Virus record (IMG/VR): IMGVR_UViG_3300024042_000039
Span: 1-36,497 of that record
Reading direction: 5' to 3' (one strand)
Origin: a virus
Lineage: Duplodnaviria > Caudoviricetes
DNA length: 36,497 nucleotides
Positions within the stretch are counted from its first letter, which is position 1; each line of letters opens with the position of its first letter. Positions 1 through 9,480 of the stretch are shown here, piece by piece. The notes beneath the pieces were generated by a model. That model searched no databases, had not been told where the DNA came from, and was given only the letters and a program-made list of their open reading frames with translations. The position numbers and the translations under genes were made by a program.

Positions 1-1059
1 CTACGCGGCGGGCGCGTCTTCCAGCACGTAGGGCTTGAACGCGCACACGGGCCGGGCGGCCCAGGTGTTGATGGCGTGGGCCATGCTGGCCTGCAGCGGG
101 GCTATCTCATTGCGGGCGAACACCTTGGCGGCCTTCTCCACATCGCCGAAGCCGCCCACGTTGTTGGGCAGCATACCCATGAGCTGCGGCGGCACCCGGT
201 GGGCGGCCAGCACGTCATCGCGGCTGGCGTTCTTGATGTTCAAGAAGTCATCCTTGGCCGCCACCTCGCTGATGGGGATGAGCTGGATGCCGTCCTTCTT
301 CCCGTTCGGTGCGTAGTAGAAGACATTGCGGAAGTTGCCCATGCCTTTGGTCTTGGTGAGCCTGTCGCGCAGCGCGTCAACGTCGCCCTGGGACTGCGCC
401 GGGTCAGTCACGTAGAGGATGAACCCCGCGTGGCTCCCGTTGTTGTAGTAGCGGCGGCGGAACAGCGTGGCCGACTCATTCAGCATGGCCGACTGCAACG
501 CGCCAAGGTACGGCGGCAGGCCGTAGATTTCCTGGTGAATGTCCGATTCGCGCAGCTGGAACACATCGAAGCGCGGGAACTCATGCGGCTCCTGCACGTC
601 GGTGACGAAGAAGAACCGCCCGTCCTCGATGCCGCGGCGCGTGTACTTGCCAAGCGCGTGGCGCAGCTCCAGCAGATCGCCAAGCCGGTTGCGGCGGCGC
701 TCCAGGTAGCTATTGCCCAAAACGATGAAATCCAGCGCGAAGGCGCGGAACGCCTCGGCGCTGAGCCACTGCGAAGGGATGAACGTGCTGGCGAGCACGT
801 TGACCTTGAAGCGCAGCGCCGATTCGTGGTGCGCGCCAACGCGCAGCAGCCGGGCCAGTGCGGCGAGGCTCACGGGCGGCTCGTACCAGTCGCCGCACTC
901 CAGGCACTCGGCATACTCCAGCAGCGCAGACCGGCCACCGATGACGGGCTCCGGCTCGCCCAGCTCGAAGGTGAAAGCCTGGGCCGGGGCATGGGGCGAT
1001 GGCGCGGGGGCCGGGTGCGGGGCCACGGGGGTGTTGCGATTGCGCTTGCGCTTGGTCAT
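1..1059 (-). CDS. Q: portal protein (P2 gpQ, PBSX family)
   Basis: Motifs QEIYGLPPYL, LNESATLFRRRYYNNGSHAGFILY, AAHRVPPQLMG; downstream of terminase. Confidence 0.95.
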   Translation of the reverse strand: MTKRKRNRNTPVAPHPAPAPSPHAPAQAFTFELGEPEPVIGGRSALLEYAECLECGDWYEPPVSLAALARLLRVGAHHESALRFKVNVLASTFIPSQWLSAEAFRAFALDFIVLGNSYLERRRNRLGDLLELRHALGKYTRRGIEDGRFFFVTDVQEPHEFPRFDVFQLRESDIHQEIYGLPPYLGALQSAMLNESATLFRRRYYNNGSHAGFILYVTDPAQSQGDVDALRDRLTKTKGMGNFRNVFYYAPNGKKDGIQLIPISEVAAKDDFLNIKNASRDDVLAAHRVPPQLMGMLPNNVGGFGDVEKAAKVFARNEIAPLQASMAHAINTWAARPVCAFKPYVLEDAPAA

Positions 1060-1061
1060 AT

Positions 1062-2888
1062 TCAGTCGGAGAAAGCAACAAAGGATTGCCCCTGCGTGCT
1101 GGCCAGCTCTGTGCCAGTCTCCAGGGGCTCGAAACTCAGGGCATTCAGCAGCGCCCAGGCAAGATCGGAGTGGCCCACGTCGCCACCGCGCCCGGCCGCA
1201 TAGGTCACGCTGCGGCCCTTGGCCGTCATCTCACGCTTGATCGCCATGAGGCTCGCCGCCAGGTCACGGTTGCCTGCGTCGAACTCCAGCCGACCGGCCT
1301 TCATCACCTGCAGCGCCTTGAGCACCAGCATGGTCTTCACCTCCACGCTGTAGTTGATGCCGCGCGCGGCCGGGAAGAACTTCTGCACCAGCTGGTACAC
1401 GCCAATGCCCATGCCCGTGGTGTCGATGGCGATGTTCACCACGTTGAACCGTTCGGTGATGGCCTTGATCGCCTTGGCCTGCGCCTCAATGTCGGCGCCG
1501 TGGAACTGCTCTGTGTGCAGCACGCGCAGCGGCCCGCCAGGCCGTGCCGGCGGCGCCACCACCACCAGGCCAGCGCCATCGCCCGTGTGGCTCGGGTCAT
1601 AGCCCACCCACACGGGCGCCCAGGCCAGGGGCCGCTGGCTGAATGGCTTGAAATCGCTCCAAACCTCCCAGCTATCGACCATGCACGGCTGCAGCATCGA
1701 CAACGGGAACACGGAAAACGAGTCATCCACGAACCCGCACATCAGCAGGTTGGCAAACTCCGCATCCGAATACTCCAGCTTCAGTTCTTCCAGGTCGAAA
1801 AGATCGCAGCCGCCATTGAGCGCGTCCAGGATAGTGACGATGTTGCGCCACACCCGGTCTTCGCCCGTGAAGCCGCCGGCCAGCTTGCCGTGGGTGATAT
1901 CCACGTCCACCTTGAGCTTCTTCTTGACCCGCTTTCCGCTCCAGAACTCATAGGCCGGGTGCTGGATGCTGCTGGGCGTGCTGAAGTAGGTCTTGCGCCA
2001 CTTCTTGTGCATGGCCATGCCGCTGGCCACCTTGTTGAGTCGCTCGAAGTCCTGCGCCCAAAAGAATTCATCGAAGTAGAAATTGCCGTGGTAGCCCTGC
2101 GCCGTGCGCGCGTTGCTGCCCAGGAAGTACAGCTCTGCGCCGTTGGCCAGGACGATGGGATCGCCCTTCAACTCCACACCCAGCACCTCGAAGACGAAGG
2201 CCCGGATGTACTGCCGGAAGATGTACGCCTGCGCCTTGCTGGCAGACAGGAAAATCTGGTTGCGCCCCGTCTCCAGCGCGTCTATCAGCGCCTCGCGCGC
2301 AAAGTACCAGGTCGCGCCAATCTGGCGACTCTTGAGAATGGCGCGCGTGCGCTGATCGCGCTGCTCCCACCACACCCGCTGGTAATCGAACAGCGAATCG
2401 AGAAATGCCGCCTTGAGCTTCTCCACCTGCTCGGGCGAGAGAAAGTTCTTCACGGGCGGCTTCTTCGGCTTCGCATTGCGCGCCTCGATGGCCGGGTTCA
2501 AATCCGACTCACGCCCGCTCTGCTGGTACTTGCCGATGCGCGCCAGCCGCTCCAACTGGCGGCCCAGCAGGTCGATTTCCTTGAAATCGCCGCCCGTCTT
2601 CACATCCTTGGCAATCAGCGTGGCCAGGCGCACCTCCAGCGCACCCTCCACGCGCTGCGCGGGCGATGCTTCGGCCCACTTCTCCGACTTGCACCAGCCG
2701 TGCAGCGTCGCACGCGGAATCGCCAGGTGCTCGGCAATGTGCGACAGCCGCCATCCCGTCCAGTACAGCGTGCGCGCGTCGCGGCGCAGACCCGCGCCAC
2801 CGTCATCAACGGCAGCAGGCGCGGGCTTGGGCGCGAGCGCTGCAGCAGGCTTTTTGCGGCTTGGACGGACTGGCGGGGGCAACTTCAT
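1062..2888 (-). CDS. P: terminase large (ATPase) subunit, P2 gpP
   Basis: KSRQIGATWYFAREA, Walker B YFDEFFW, nuclease GYDP; start taken at ATG 2888 (MKLPPP), 7 nt after the predicted -10. Confidence 0.95.
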   Translation of the reverse strand: MKLPPPVRPSRKKPAAALAPKPAPAAVDDGGAGLRRDARTLYWTGWRLSHIAEHLAIPRATLHGWCKSEKWAEASPAQRVEGALEVRLATLIAKDVKTGGDFKEIDLLGRQLERLARIGKYQQSGRESDLNPAIEARNAKPKKPPVKNFLSPEQVEKLKAAFLDSLFDYQRVWWEQRDQRTRAILKSRQIGATWYFAREALIDALETGRNQIFLSASKAQAYIFRQYIRAFVFEVLGVELKGDPIVLANGAELYFLGSNARTAQGYHGNFYFDEFFWAQDFERLNKVASGMAMHKKWRKTYFSTPSSIQHPAYEFWSGKRVKKKLKVDVDITHGKLAGGFTGEDRVWRNIVTILDALNGGCDLFDLEELKLEYSDAEFANLLMCGFVDDSFSVFPLSMLQPCMVDSWEVWSDFKPFSQRPLAWAPVWVGYDPSHTGDGAGLVVVAPPARPGGPLRVLHTEQFHGADIEAQAKAIKAITERFNVVNIAIDTTGMGIGVYQLVQKFFPAARGINYSVEVKTMLVLKALQVMKAGRLEFDAGNRDLAASLMAIKREMTAKGRSVTYAAGRGGDVGHSDLAWALLNALSFEPLETGTELASTQGQSFVAFSD

Positions 2889-2895
2889 GGCCTGC

Positions 2896-2994
2896 AGTGT
2901 CTGCCGCGCGCGCGCGAAAAGCACGGGCCAGAAAATGTGAAGCGCGCAGCCACAGCGCGCACAAATTGCGGCCCGGCGCGCGGCGGCCGACCAT
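2896..2994. promoter_or_regulatory. divergent late promoters pP/pO with shared activator (Ogr-type) site
   Basis: TGT-N13-ACA at 2936-2954 with core GCGCAGCCACAGCG; -10-like GACCAT (2989-2994, +) and GACACT (2896-2901, -), each 34 nt from the site. Confidence 0.75.
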
Positions 2995-3030
2995 AGCGGC
3001 ACATCAACTTTCACCGCACGAAAGCCGCAC

Positions 3031-3861
3031 ATGCCCAGCAAGTTTTTCCGCGTGGCCACCGAAGGTGCCACTACCGATGGACGCGAAATCCAGCGCGCCT
3101 GGATCGAGCAGATGGCCAAGAACTACAAGCCCGCCACGTATGGCGCACGTGTCTGGCTGGAGCACTACCGCGGCATCACGCCCGACAGCGCATTTGCCGC
3201 TCTGGGCGACGTGCTGGCGGTCGAGGCCCGCCAGGTCGAAGACGGCAAGCTGGCCCTGTTCGCGCAGATCGAGGCCCTGCCCGCGCTGGTGGCCATGAAC
3301 AAGGCCAAGCAGAAGATTTACACCTCCATCGAGGTAGACCCCAACTTCGCCAAGACGGGCGAGGCGTACATGACAGGCCTGGGCGTCACCGACAGCCCGG
3401 CCAGCCTCGGCACCGAAGTGCTCAAGTTCGCCGCTGGCAACCCTGACGCCAGCCCGTTCAAGGGCAAGAAGCACAGCGAGGGCGCGCTGTTCACCGCCGC
3501 CCTCGAAACCAACCTGGGCCTGGAAGGGGATGCCGAAGGCATCGCCAACGGGCTGCTCACCAAATTCAGCGAAATGCTGGACAACTTGCGCGGCATCGTC
3601 GCGCCCAAGCACACACCAGAAACCAACGGAACCTTTGCTGTCAAGACGCTGGAAGTGCTGGGCGCGGCCGATGCCGCCATTCAACACCAGGCCAAGGCCC
3701 TGGCCGCATCCCAGGAGGCGCACACCAAGCTGGCCAGCGAGTTCTCCGCGCTGCAGGCCAAGTTCAACCAGCTCACAGAAACGCTGGGCCAGCAGGACGG
3801 CAGCACCACCAGCCGACCCAAGGCTACCGGCAGCGAAAGCAGCGGCCAGGCCGATTGCTGA
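3031..3861 (+). CDS. O: capsid scaffolding protein/protease gpO
   Basis: SKFFRVATEGATTDGREI, YTSIEV, GLGVTDSPASLGTE; ends in DC. Confidence 0.95.
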   Translation: MPSKFFRVATEGATTDGREIQRAWIEQMAKNYKPATYGARVWLEHYRGITPDSAFAALGDVLAVEARQVEDGKLALFAQIEALPALVAMNKAKQKIYTSIEVDPNFAKTGEAYMTGLGVTDSPASLGTEVLKFAAGNPDASPFKGKKHSEGALFTAALETNLGLEGDAEGIANGLLTKFSEMLDNLRGIVAPKHTPETNGTFAVKTLEVLGAADAAIQHQAKALAASQEAHTKLASEFSALQAKFNQLTETLGQQDGSTTSRPKATGSESSGQADC

Positions 3862-3914
3862 CCGCACCGGCACGCCCAAGCCTCGACACCAAGGAACCCA
3901 AAGGACAGCCCACC

Positions 3915-4925
3915 ATGAAGAACGAAACACGCAAGCACTTCACCGCCTACCTGGCACGCCAGGCCGAAATCAACGGCGTGGCCTGCGGCACGCAGCTCTT
4001 TTCCGTCTCCCCCACCGTTCAGCAGAAGCTGGAGTCGCGCATCCAGGAAAGCAGCGACTTCTTGAAGGCCATCAACATCTGGCCCGTCGAGCAGCTCGCA
4101 GGCGAGAAGATCGGCGCCGGCACCAACGGCCCCATCGCCAGCCGCACCGATACGGACGTGGCACCGCGCCAGACCCGTGATGCAGCGTCGCTGGAAGGCC
4201 GTGGCTACCTGTGCGCGCAAACCAACTACGACACGCACATCAAGTACGCCACGCTCGACGCCTGGGCCAAGTTCCCGGACTTCCAGCTGCGCCTGTCGCG
4301 CGCCATCCAGAAGCAATGCGCGCTCGACCGCATCATGATCGGCTTCAACGGCACCAGCGTGGCGGCCACCACTGACCGCACCGCCAACCCGCTGCTGCAG
4401 GACGTGAACAAGGGCTGGCTGCAGTACCTGCGCGAGAACGCCGCGCAGCGCATCATGGACAGCGGCAAAGACCCCACCAAGGTGGTAGTGGGAGCAGGCG
4501 CGGGTGCGGACTTCAAGACGCTCGACGGTCTGGTCATGGATGCCGCCCACTCGCTGCTGGACCCCTGGCACCGCCACGCCACCGACATCGTGGCCATCGT
4601 CGGCGCCGACCTGCTCCACGACAAGCTGTTTCCGCTGGTGGATGGCCAATCCGCCCCCACCGAGAAGCTCGCGGCCGACATCGTGGTGAGCCAGGCGCGC
4701 CTGGGTGGCCGCCAGGCCACGGCCGTGCCATTCATGCTTTCCAACGCGGTGCTCATCACCAGCCTGGACAACCTGTCCATCTACTGGCAGGAAGGATCGC
4801 GCCGCCGGCACATCAAGGAAGCGCCCGAGCGCAACCGCATCGAAACCTACGAGAGCAGCAACGACGCCTTCGTGATCGAAGACCTCGGCAAATGCGCCCT
4901 GGTTGAAAACATCCAGCTGACCTGA
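3915..4925 (+). CDS. N: major capsid protein gpN
   Basis: MKNETR, FSVSPTVQQKLE, LDRIMIGFNG, NPLLQDVNKGWLQ; AAGGA SD before ATG 3915. Confidence 0.96.
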   Translation: MKNETRKHFTAYLARQAEINGVACGTQLFSVSPTVQQKLESRIQESSDFLKAINIWPVEQLAGEKIGAGTNGPIASRTDTDVAPRQTRDAASLEGRGYLCAQTNYDTHIKYATLDAWAKFPDFQLRLSRAIQKQCALDRIMIGFNGTSVAATTDRTANPLLQDVNKGWLQYLRENAAQRIMDSGKDPTKVVVGAGAGADFKTLDGLVMDAAHSLLDPWHRHATDIVAIVGADLLHDKLFPLVDGQSAPTEKLAADIVVSQARLGGRQATAVPFMLSNAVLITSLDNLSIYWQEGSRRRHIKEAPERNRIETYESSNDAFVIEDLGKCALVENIQLT

Positions 4926-4930
4926 TCGCG

Positions 4931-4970
4931 CTGCAAATAGCGGCTCCAAAAAAGGGGCCGCTATTTGCAG
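4931..4970. repeat. inverted repeat / stem-loop between N and M
   Basis: CTGCAAATAGCGGC...GCCGCTATTTGCAG perfect 14-bp stem, extendable to 17 bp, with an A6 loop. Confidence 0.85.
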
Positions 4971-4994
4971 GCACACCGCCACAGGACCACCGCC

Positions 4995-5705
4995 ATGGCA
5001 ATGACACCCGCCCAACAGAGCTACATGCGCAAGCTGGCCCTGCAGCAAACCGCGCTGGCCGAGGCCGCCAACGCCCACGGCCACACCGTGGGCACCGCCT
5101 ACGAGCTGCAGCTCGCGCAGCTCCACCAGCACCGCCTGCGCCTGAAAGACCTGCAGAGCGTGGAGAAGAAGATCGAAGCCAAGCGGGCCATGCTGCCCGA
5201 CTACGAAGCCTACGTGGACGGTGTGCTGCAGGCGCGCCCCGGCACCCAGGACGATGTGATCGCCACCGTGCTGGTGTGGCACGTGGACGCGGGCAACTAC
5301 GCCCGCGCCCTGGAAATTGCGGAATACGCCCTGGCCAGCGGCATCAAGCCGCCCGACCAGTACAACCGCAACCTGCCCACCATCGTGCAGGACGAAGTGG
5401 CCGAAGCCATCCTGGCGGGCAAGCTCACGGGCCAGCCCGCGCTGGAAATCGCGGCCAAGGCCATGGCGCTGACCGACCACGCCGACACGCCCGACCAGGC
5501 CAAGAGCAAGCTCTACAAAGCCGCGGGCTGGGCCGTGCTCGGCAAACACGGCAGCCACGATGTGGACATGAACGCCCGCACCCTCAAGGCATGCCGCGAA
5601 GCGCTGCCGCTGCTGCAGCGCGCCATGGAGCTGGACACCCGCGCCGGCGTGAAAAAAGACATCGAGCGGCTGGAACGCCGCCTGGCCAAACCCCAGGCGA
5701 AGTAA
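4995..5705 (+). CDS. M: terminase small subunit gpM
   Basis: QDDVIATVLVWHVDAG, KSKLYKAAG, GVKKDIERLER; position after N. Confidence 0.93.
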   Translation: MAMTPAQQSYMRKLALQQTALAEAANAHGHTVGTAYELQLAQLHQHRLRLKDLQSVEKKIEAKRAMLPDYEAYVDGVLQARPGTQDDVIATVLVWHVDAGNYARALEIAEYALASGIKPPDQYNRNLPTIVQDEVAEAILAGKLTGQPALEIAAKAMALTDHADTPDQAKSKLYKAAGWAVLGKHGSHDVDMNARTLKACREALPLLQRAMELDTRAGVKKDIERLERRLAKPQAK

Positions 5706-5739
5706 TCCAGCCGCTGCAAACCGAGCGTACCCCGCACCC

Positions 5740-5803
5740 GTGGCGGCCCCAGGGCAAAGAGCGCACACCCGTGCACCACTCCGACGCCCTGGGCCACCGC
5801 CAC
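5740..5803 (+). other. predicted stem-loop in M-L intergenic region
   Basis: GTGGCGG/CCGCCAC and CCCAGGGC/GCCCTGGG complementary arms, inner GCAC/GTGC hairpin. Confidence 0.55.
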
Positions 5804-5825
5804 CCTTGCGCCACCAGGAAAGCCA

Positions 5826-6308
5826 ATGTCCTTCATCACCACCGCCAACCCGCCAGTGCAGGGCACCGAGCCTGCGGTGGCCAATGACGGATTTTTCCCA
5901 TCCATCGACTGCGCCAAGCTGCGCGAAGACATCCGCATGGACGGCACCGTCACACCCGCACGCCTGCATGCCGCCGTAGCCGACGCCATGTGGGCCGTGA
6001 ACGCCGAGCTGCGTGAATGGCGTGCCGCGCACCTGCTGGCCGGGCGCACCACCCTGGCCGAAGTGCCGGCCGACAACATCGCGGGCGAAAGCGTCAAGGT
6101 GCGGCAGTACCGGCAAGCCATCTACGCCCACGTGCAGGCGCAGCTGGCCGAGGCCTACCGGGACATCAGCACATTGCCCCAGGGCGCGGGCAAGGAAGCC
6201 CGCGTGATGACGGCGCTCGACATCCGCGTGGACAGCTTCAACCAGCGCCTGCGCTGGGCCATCGCTGACCTGAAAGACACCTCGCGCGTCATCGCGGAGC
6301 TGCTATGA
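5826..6308 (+). CDS. L: head completion/stabilization protein gpL
   Basis: NDGFFP, RMDGTVTPARL, RWAIADL...ELL. Confidence 0.93.
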   Translation: MSFITTANPPVQGTEPAVANDGFFPSIDCAKLREDIRMDGTVTPARLHAAVADAMWAVNAELREWRAAHLLAGRTTLAEVPADNIAGESVKVRQYRQAIYAHVQAQLAEAYRDISTLPQGAGKEARVMTALDIRVDSFNQRLRWAIADLKDTSRVIAELL

Positions 6309-6529
6309 GCCGCACCGCCACCAGCATCACGGCACAAGCCCACCAACACGAAACCCTGGACGCTCTGGCATGGCGCCACCTGGGCACCACGCGCGGCGTG
6401 GTCGAGGAAACGCTCGCCAGGAACCCGGGACTCGCACGCCGCGGCCCCACCCTGCCCGCCGGGCTGGTGGTCGAGCTTGCGCAGCCAGAAACAACAGCCA
6501 CCCGGCCCACCATCAACCTGTGGGACTAA
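6305..6529 (+). CDS. X: tail protein X
   Basis: AHQHETLDALAWRHLG...NPGLA...INLWD; ATGA overlap with L. Confidence 0.92.
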   Translation: MSRTATSITAQAHQHETLDALAWRHLGTTRGVVEETLARNPGLARRGPTLPAGLVVELAQPETTATRPTINLWD

Positions 6530-6533
6530 CACC

Positions 6534-6770
6534 ATGGACAAAGAAAACATCGTCAGAACCGCCGCCATGGAGGCGGGCAAGGCGGCGCCGCCGGTGGCCG
6601 TCGTCGTTGATGCGGCGGCCAACAGCTGGACCATGACAAGCACCGCCGCAGCGCTCACCATCCTGTATCTGGTGCTGCAAATCGGCTACTTGGCCTGGAA
6701 GTGGAACAACGAACGGCAGGACCGCACGGCACGGCAGGCAAGCGAAAGCGAGGGCCCGCAATGCAAGTGA
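6534..6770 (+). CDS. holin
   Basis: 78 aa with hydrophobic TAAALTILYLVLQIGYLAW and charged C-terminus, immediately before the lysozyme. Confidence 0.75.
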   Translation: MDKENIVRTAAMEAGKAAPPVAVVVDAAANSWTMTSTAAALTILYLVLQIGYLAWKWNNERQDRTARQASESEGPQCK

Positions 6771-7330
6771 ACCAGGCCGCCGTGCGCGTAGCCGTGGCCG
6801 CGCTCACCATGTCAGCCGCAGGCTTCGCCACCTGGGTGGCGAGCGAGGGCACCGGCCCCACCACCGTGCGGGCTGACGGACAGGTCATGCACCGGCCCTA
6901 CGTGCCAACGGCGGGCGACGTGCCCACCATCGGCCACGGCTCCACCCGCTACGAAGACGGCACCCCCGTGCGCCTGTCTGATCCGCCCATCACGCGCCAG
7001 CGTGCCGAGCAGCTCGCTCGCAACCTGCACGGCGCGGACGAAGCCCGCTTCAAGGCCAGCCTGCCCGGCGTGCTGCTCTACCAGGGCGAGTTCGACCTTT
7101 ACGAGGACTTCGTTGGACAGTTCGGCATCGGCAACTGGCGCCGGCCGCAGTCGCCGCGCACCTGGCTACTGCGCGGCGACTACGTGGGCGCCTGCCAGGC
7201 CCTGCTGCAGTGGCGGTTTCAGGCCGGGCGCGACTGCCGCGAGCCCATCAACTGGGGGCCCAAGGGCTGCAAGGGTGTATGGCTGCGCCAGCAGCGTCGG
7301 CACGCCCAGTGCATGGAGCTGCAGCCATGA
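6761..7330 (+). CDS. endolysin (GH24 lysozyme, probable SAR type)
   Basis: Ala/Gly-rich N-terminal anchor, catalytic EG...GDVPTIGHG, C-terminal GVWLRQQRR..C. Confidence 0.88.
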   Translation: MQVNQAAVRVAVAALTMSAAGFATWVASEGTGPTTVRADGQVMHRPYVPTAGDVPTIGHGSTRYEDGTPVRLSDPPITRQRAEQLARNLHGADEARFKASLPGVLLYQGEFDLYEDFVGQFGIGNWRRPQSPRTWLLRGDYVGACQALLQWRFQAGRDCREPINWGPKGCKGVWLRQQRRHAQCMELQP

Positions 7331-7857
7331 CGCGCCTGCTCACCGCCCTGTGCGCGGCCCTGGCCCTGCTGGCTGGGCAGCAAACCCTACGACTGGCCAC
7401 TTCCCAGCGCGACCACGCGCAAACCGTCGCCGAGTTCAACGCCGCCACCGCACGCAGCGAGCGCCAGGCGCGCGAGCTGACAGAACGCTACCGCACCCTC
7501 GAAGGGAACTACCGTGAAGACCTGCTCACCGTCGCCGAAACCTACGCCCGCGAAACGCGCCGCTTCATGGCTGACGCTGACCGCGCTGCCGCTGCTCGTG
7601 ACAGCATGCGGCGCGACCTTGCCGGTTACATCGAGTCCCACCGCGCCGCCGCCGTCGCTCGCGCCGCTGCCGGACAGTGCACGCCAGACACCGGCCCCAT
7701 CGATCTGCTCGCCGACCTGCAGCGCCGCGCTGACGACAGAGCGGGAGAGCTGGCGCACATCGCTGACGACGCCCGCACCCGCGGCGCAGAGTGCGCCAGC
7801 TGGTACGACAATGCCCGCGCACTGATCGAGGCGGCCCGCCATGCTCAAGCCCGCTAG
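7327..7857 (+). CDS. i-spanin (Rz-like)
   Basis: N-terminal TM, Ala-rich coiled coil, ELAHIADDARTRGAEC..WY terminus. Confidence 0.8.
   Translation: MTRLLTALCAALALLAGQQTLRLATSQRDHAQTVAEFNAATARSERQARELTERYRTLEGNYREDLLTVAETYARETRRFMADADRAAAARDSMRRDLAGYIESHRAAAVARAAAGQCTPDTGPIDLLADLQRRADDRAGELAHIADDARTRGAECASWYDNARALIEAARHAQAR
7514..7825 (+). CDS. o-spanin (Rz1-like lipoprotein) embedded in Rz
   Basis: +1 frame GTG start after GAAGGGA; lipobox LVTA-C; Pro-rich mature part. Confidence 0.75.
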   Translation: MKTCSPSPKPTPAKRAASWLTLTALPLLVTACGATLPVTSSPTAPPPSLAPLPDSARQTPAPSICSPTCSAALTTERESWRTSLTTPAPAAQSAPAGTTMPAH

Positions 7858-8332
7858 CCTGCACGCCGCGCTCACCGCCGCGCTGCCCGAGCTGGCGCGC
7901 GACCCCGAGCGCATGACGATGGTCATCAAAACGGGCAGCATCATCAACACCGGCACCAAGGCCTTGTCCTGGGAATACAGCTACACGCTGTCGCTGATCT
8001 TGCTGGACTGGTCCGGGCACGCCGACGCCATCATCGCCCCGCTGCTGCTGTGGGCCAGGCGGAACCAGCCCGAGCTGTTCGACAACACCGAGCGGCGCGC
8101 CAACGCCCTGCGCTTCAACGTCGATTTCCTGAGCACCACCACCGTGGACATCGCGCTGGAAATCGACCTCACCGAGGCCGTGCTGGCCCGCCCGCGCGAT
8201 GGCACGCCGGGTGCGCTCAACCTGATCCACAAGCCAGAGCCGCCGGGCCCGCTCGACATCCTCCAAAGCGAGCGCTGGGAATTCTTCATACGCGACGAGA
8301 AGGTAGCCCAGTGGGACTACGACCCCAGGTAA
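7841..8332 (+). CDS. R: tail completion protein gpR
   Basis: MLKPASL, WEYSYTL, WARRNQPEL, IDLTEAV. Confidence 0.92.
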   Translation: MLKPASLHAALTAALPELARDPERMTMVIKTGSIINTGTKALSWEYSYTLSLILLDWSGHADAIIAPLLLWARRNQPELFDNTERRANALRFNVDFLSTTTVDIALEIDLTEAVLARPRDGTPGALNLIHKPEPPGPLDILQSERWEFFIRDEKVAQWDYDPR

Positions 8333-8338
8333 CCGCCC

Positions 8339-8806
8339 ATGGCTGAAATCGACCGCCTCGAAACATGGCTTGCGCCGCTGCTGCAGCGCCTGAGCGACAG
8401 CGAACGCGCGAAGCTCGCACGCGAAGTGGCGCGCGACCTGCGCGCCATCAACGCCGCCAACATCCGCGCACAGCGCGCCCCCGATGGGCAGGCGTGGGAG
8501 CCGCGCAAGCAGCCGCCGCTGCGCGGCCAGATTGGCCAGGTGCGCAAGGCGGCAAAGTCCCAGGCCATGTTCCAGAAGCTGCGCACCGCGAAGCACCTCA
8601 AAGCCAGCGCGCAGGGTAGCGACGCTGTGGTGCAGTTCATGGGCCGCACCGAGCGCATCGCGCGCGTGCACCACCTGGGCCTACGCGACCGGGTCAAGCC
8701 AGGCGGGCCAGAGTACGACTACCCGCAGCGCCCGCTCATGGGCTTCCCGCAGGGGTACGAAGACCAGCTGAAAGACCGCATCCTGGGCCACCTCGCGGGC
8801 CGCTGA
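8339..8806 (+). CDS. S: virion morphogenesis protein gpS
   Basis: IRAQRAPDG..WEPRK, MFQKLR, RIARVHHLGLRD, YPQRPLMG. Confidence 0.92.
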   Translation: MAEIDRLETWLAPLLQRLSDSERAKLAREVARDLRAINAANIRAQRAPDGQAWEPRKQPPLRGQIGQVRKAAKSQAMFQKLRTAKHLKASAQGSDAVVQFMGRTERIARVHHLGLRDRVKPGGPEYDYPQRPLMGFPQGYEDQLKDRILGHLAGR

Positions 8807-8814
8807 CCGGGCAA

Positions 8815-8873
8815 TCTGGATAGCGCAGCCACAGCGTAGGCTGCGCGACTTTTCGCGCACGCGCGGGCACCAT
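8815..8873 (+). promoter_or_regulatory. late promoter pV
   Basis: TCT-N13-ACA with GCGCAGCCACAGCG (8823-8836); CACCAT 34 nt later and 7 nt before the V ATG. Confidence 0.72.
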
Positions 8874-8880
8874 CAACGGC

Positions 8881-9480
8881 ATGGAATCGCCCATTGCCCA
8901 GCCCGAAAGCCCGTATGAAATCCTGCGCCGCCTGGAGAACATCGTGCGCTTCGGCACCATCGCCGCAGTGCGCCACGGCAAGCCCGCGCGCTGCCGCGTG
9001 AAGACCGGCAACCTCACCACCAACTGGGTCCGGTGGTTCGCCGGCCGCGCTGGCGGGCGTAGCGGGCGCAAGTGGTGGCCGCCCGTGGTGGGCGAGCAGT
9101 GCATGCTGATCGCGCCAGGCGGCGACCTGCTGAATGCCGTGGCCCTGCCAGGCATCTACAGCGACGCCATGGCGCAAGGCAGCGAAAGCCCGACAGCCAG
9201 CCGCACCGACTGGAGCGACACCGAGTTCTTCGAGCACGACAGCGCCACGGGCCAGCTGAAGGCCATGGTCGAGCGCGGCATCACCCTGGGCGTGAACGGC
9301 GGCGCATCCATCGAAATGAGCCGCGACAGCATCACCCTGCGCGCGGGCGGCGGCGAGTTGGTAATCGACGCCGCCGGCGTGCATGGAACTCCTGACGTGT
9401 TCGCAGGCAACATCTCCCTGCGACGCCATCGCCACCGCGACGTGGAGCGCGGCGAGGATACATCGGGAGAGCCGGTATGA
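8881..9480 (+). CDS. V: baseplate spike gpV
   Basis: RRLENIVRFGTI, WWPPVVGEQ, C-terminal HRH metal-binding tip. Confidence 0.93.
   Translation: MESPIAQPESPYEILRRLENIVRFGTIAAVRHGKPARCRVKTGNLTTNWVRWFAGRAGGRSGRKWWPPVVGEQCMLIAPGGDLLNAVALPGIYSDAMAQGSESPTASRTDWSDTEFFEHDSATGQLKAMVERGITLGVNGGASIEMSRDSITLRAGGGELVIDAAGVHGTPDVFAGNISLRRHRHRDVERGEDTSGEPV

Noticed and set aside
2889-3119. N-terminal extension of terminase P
   Set aside because: Overlaps the divergent promoter and gene O
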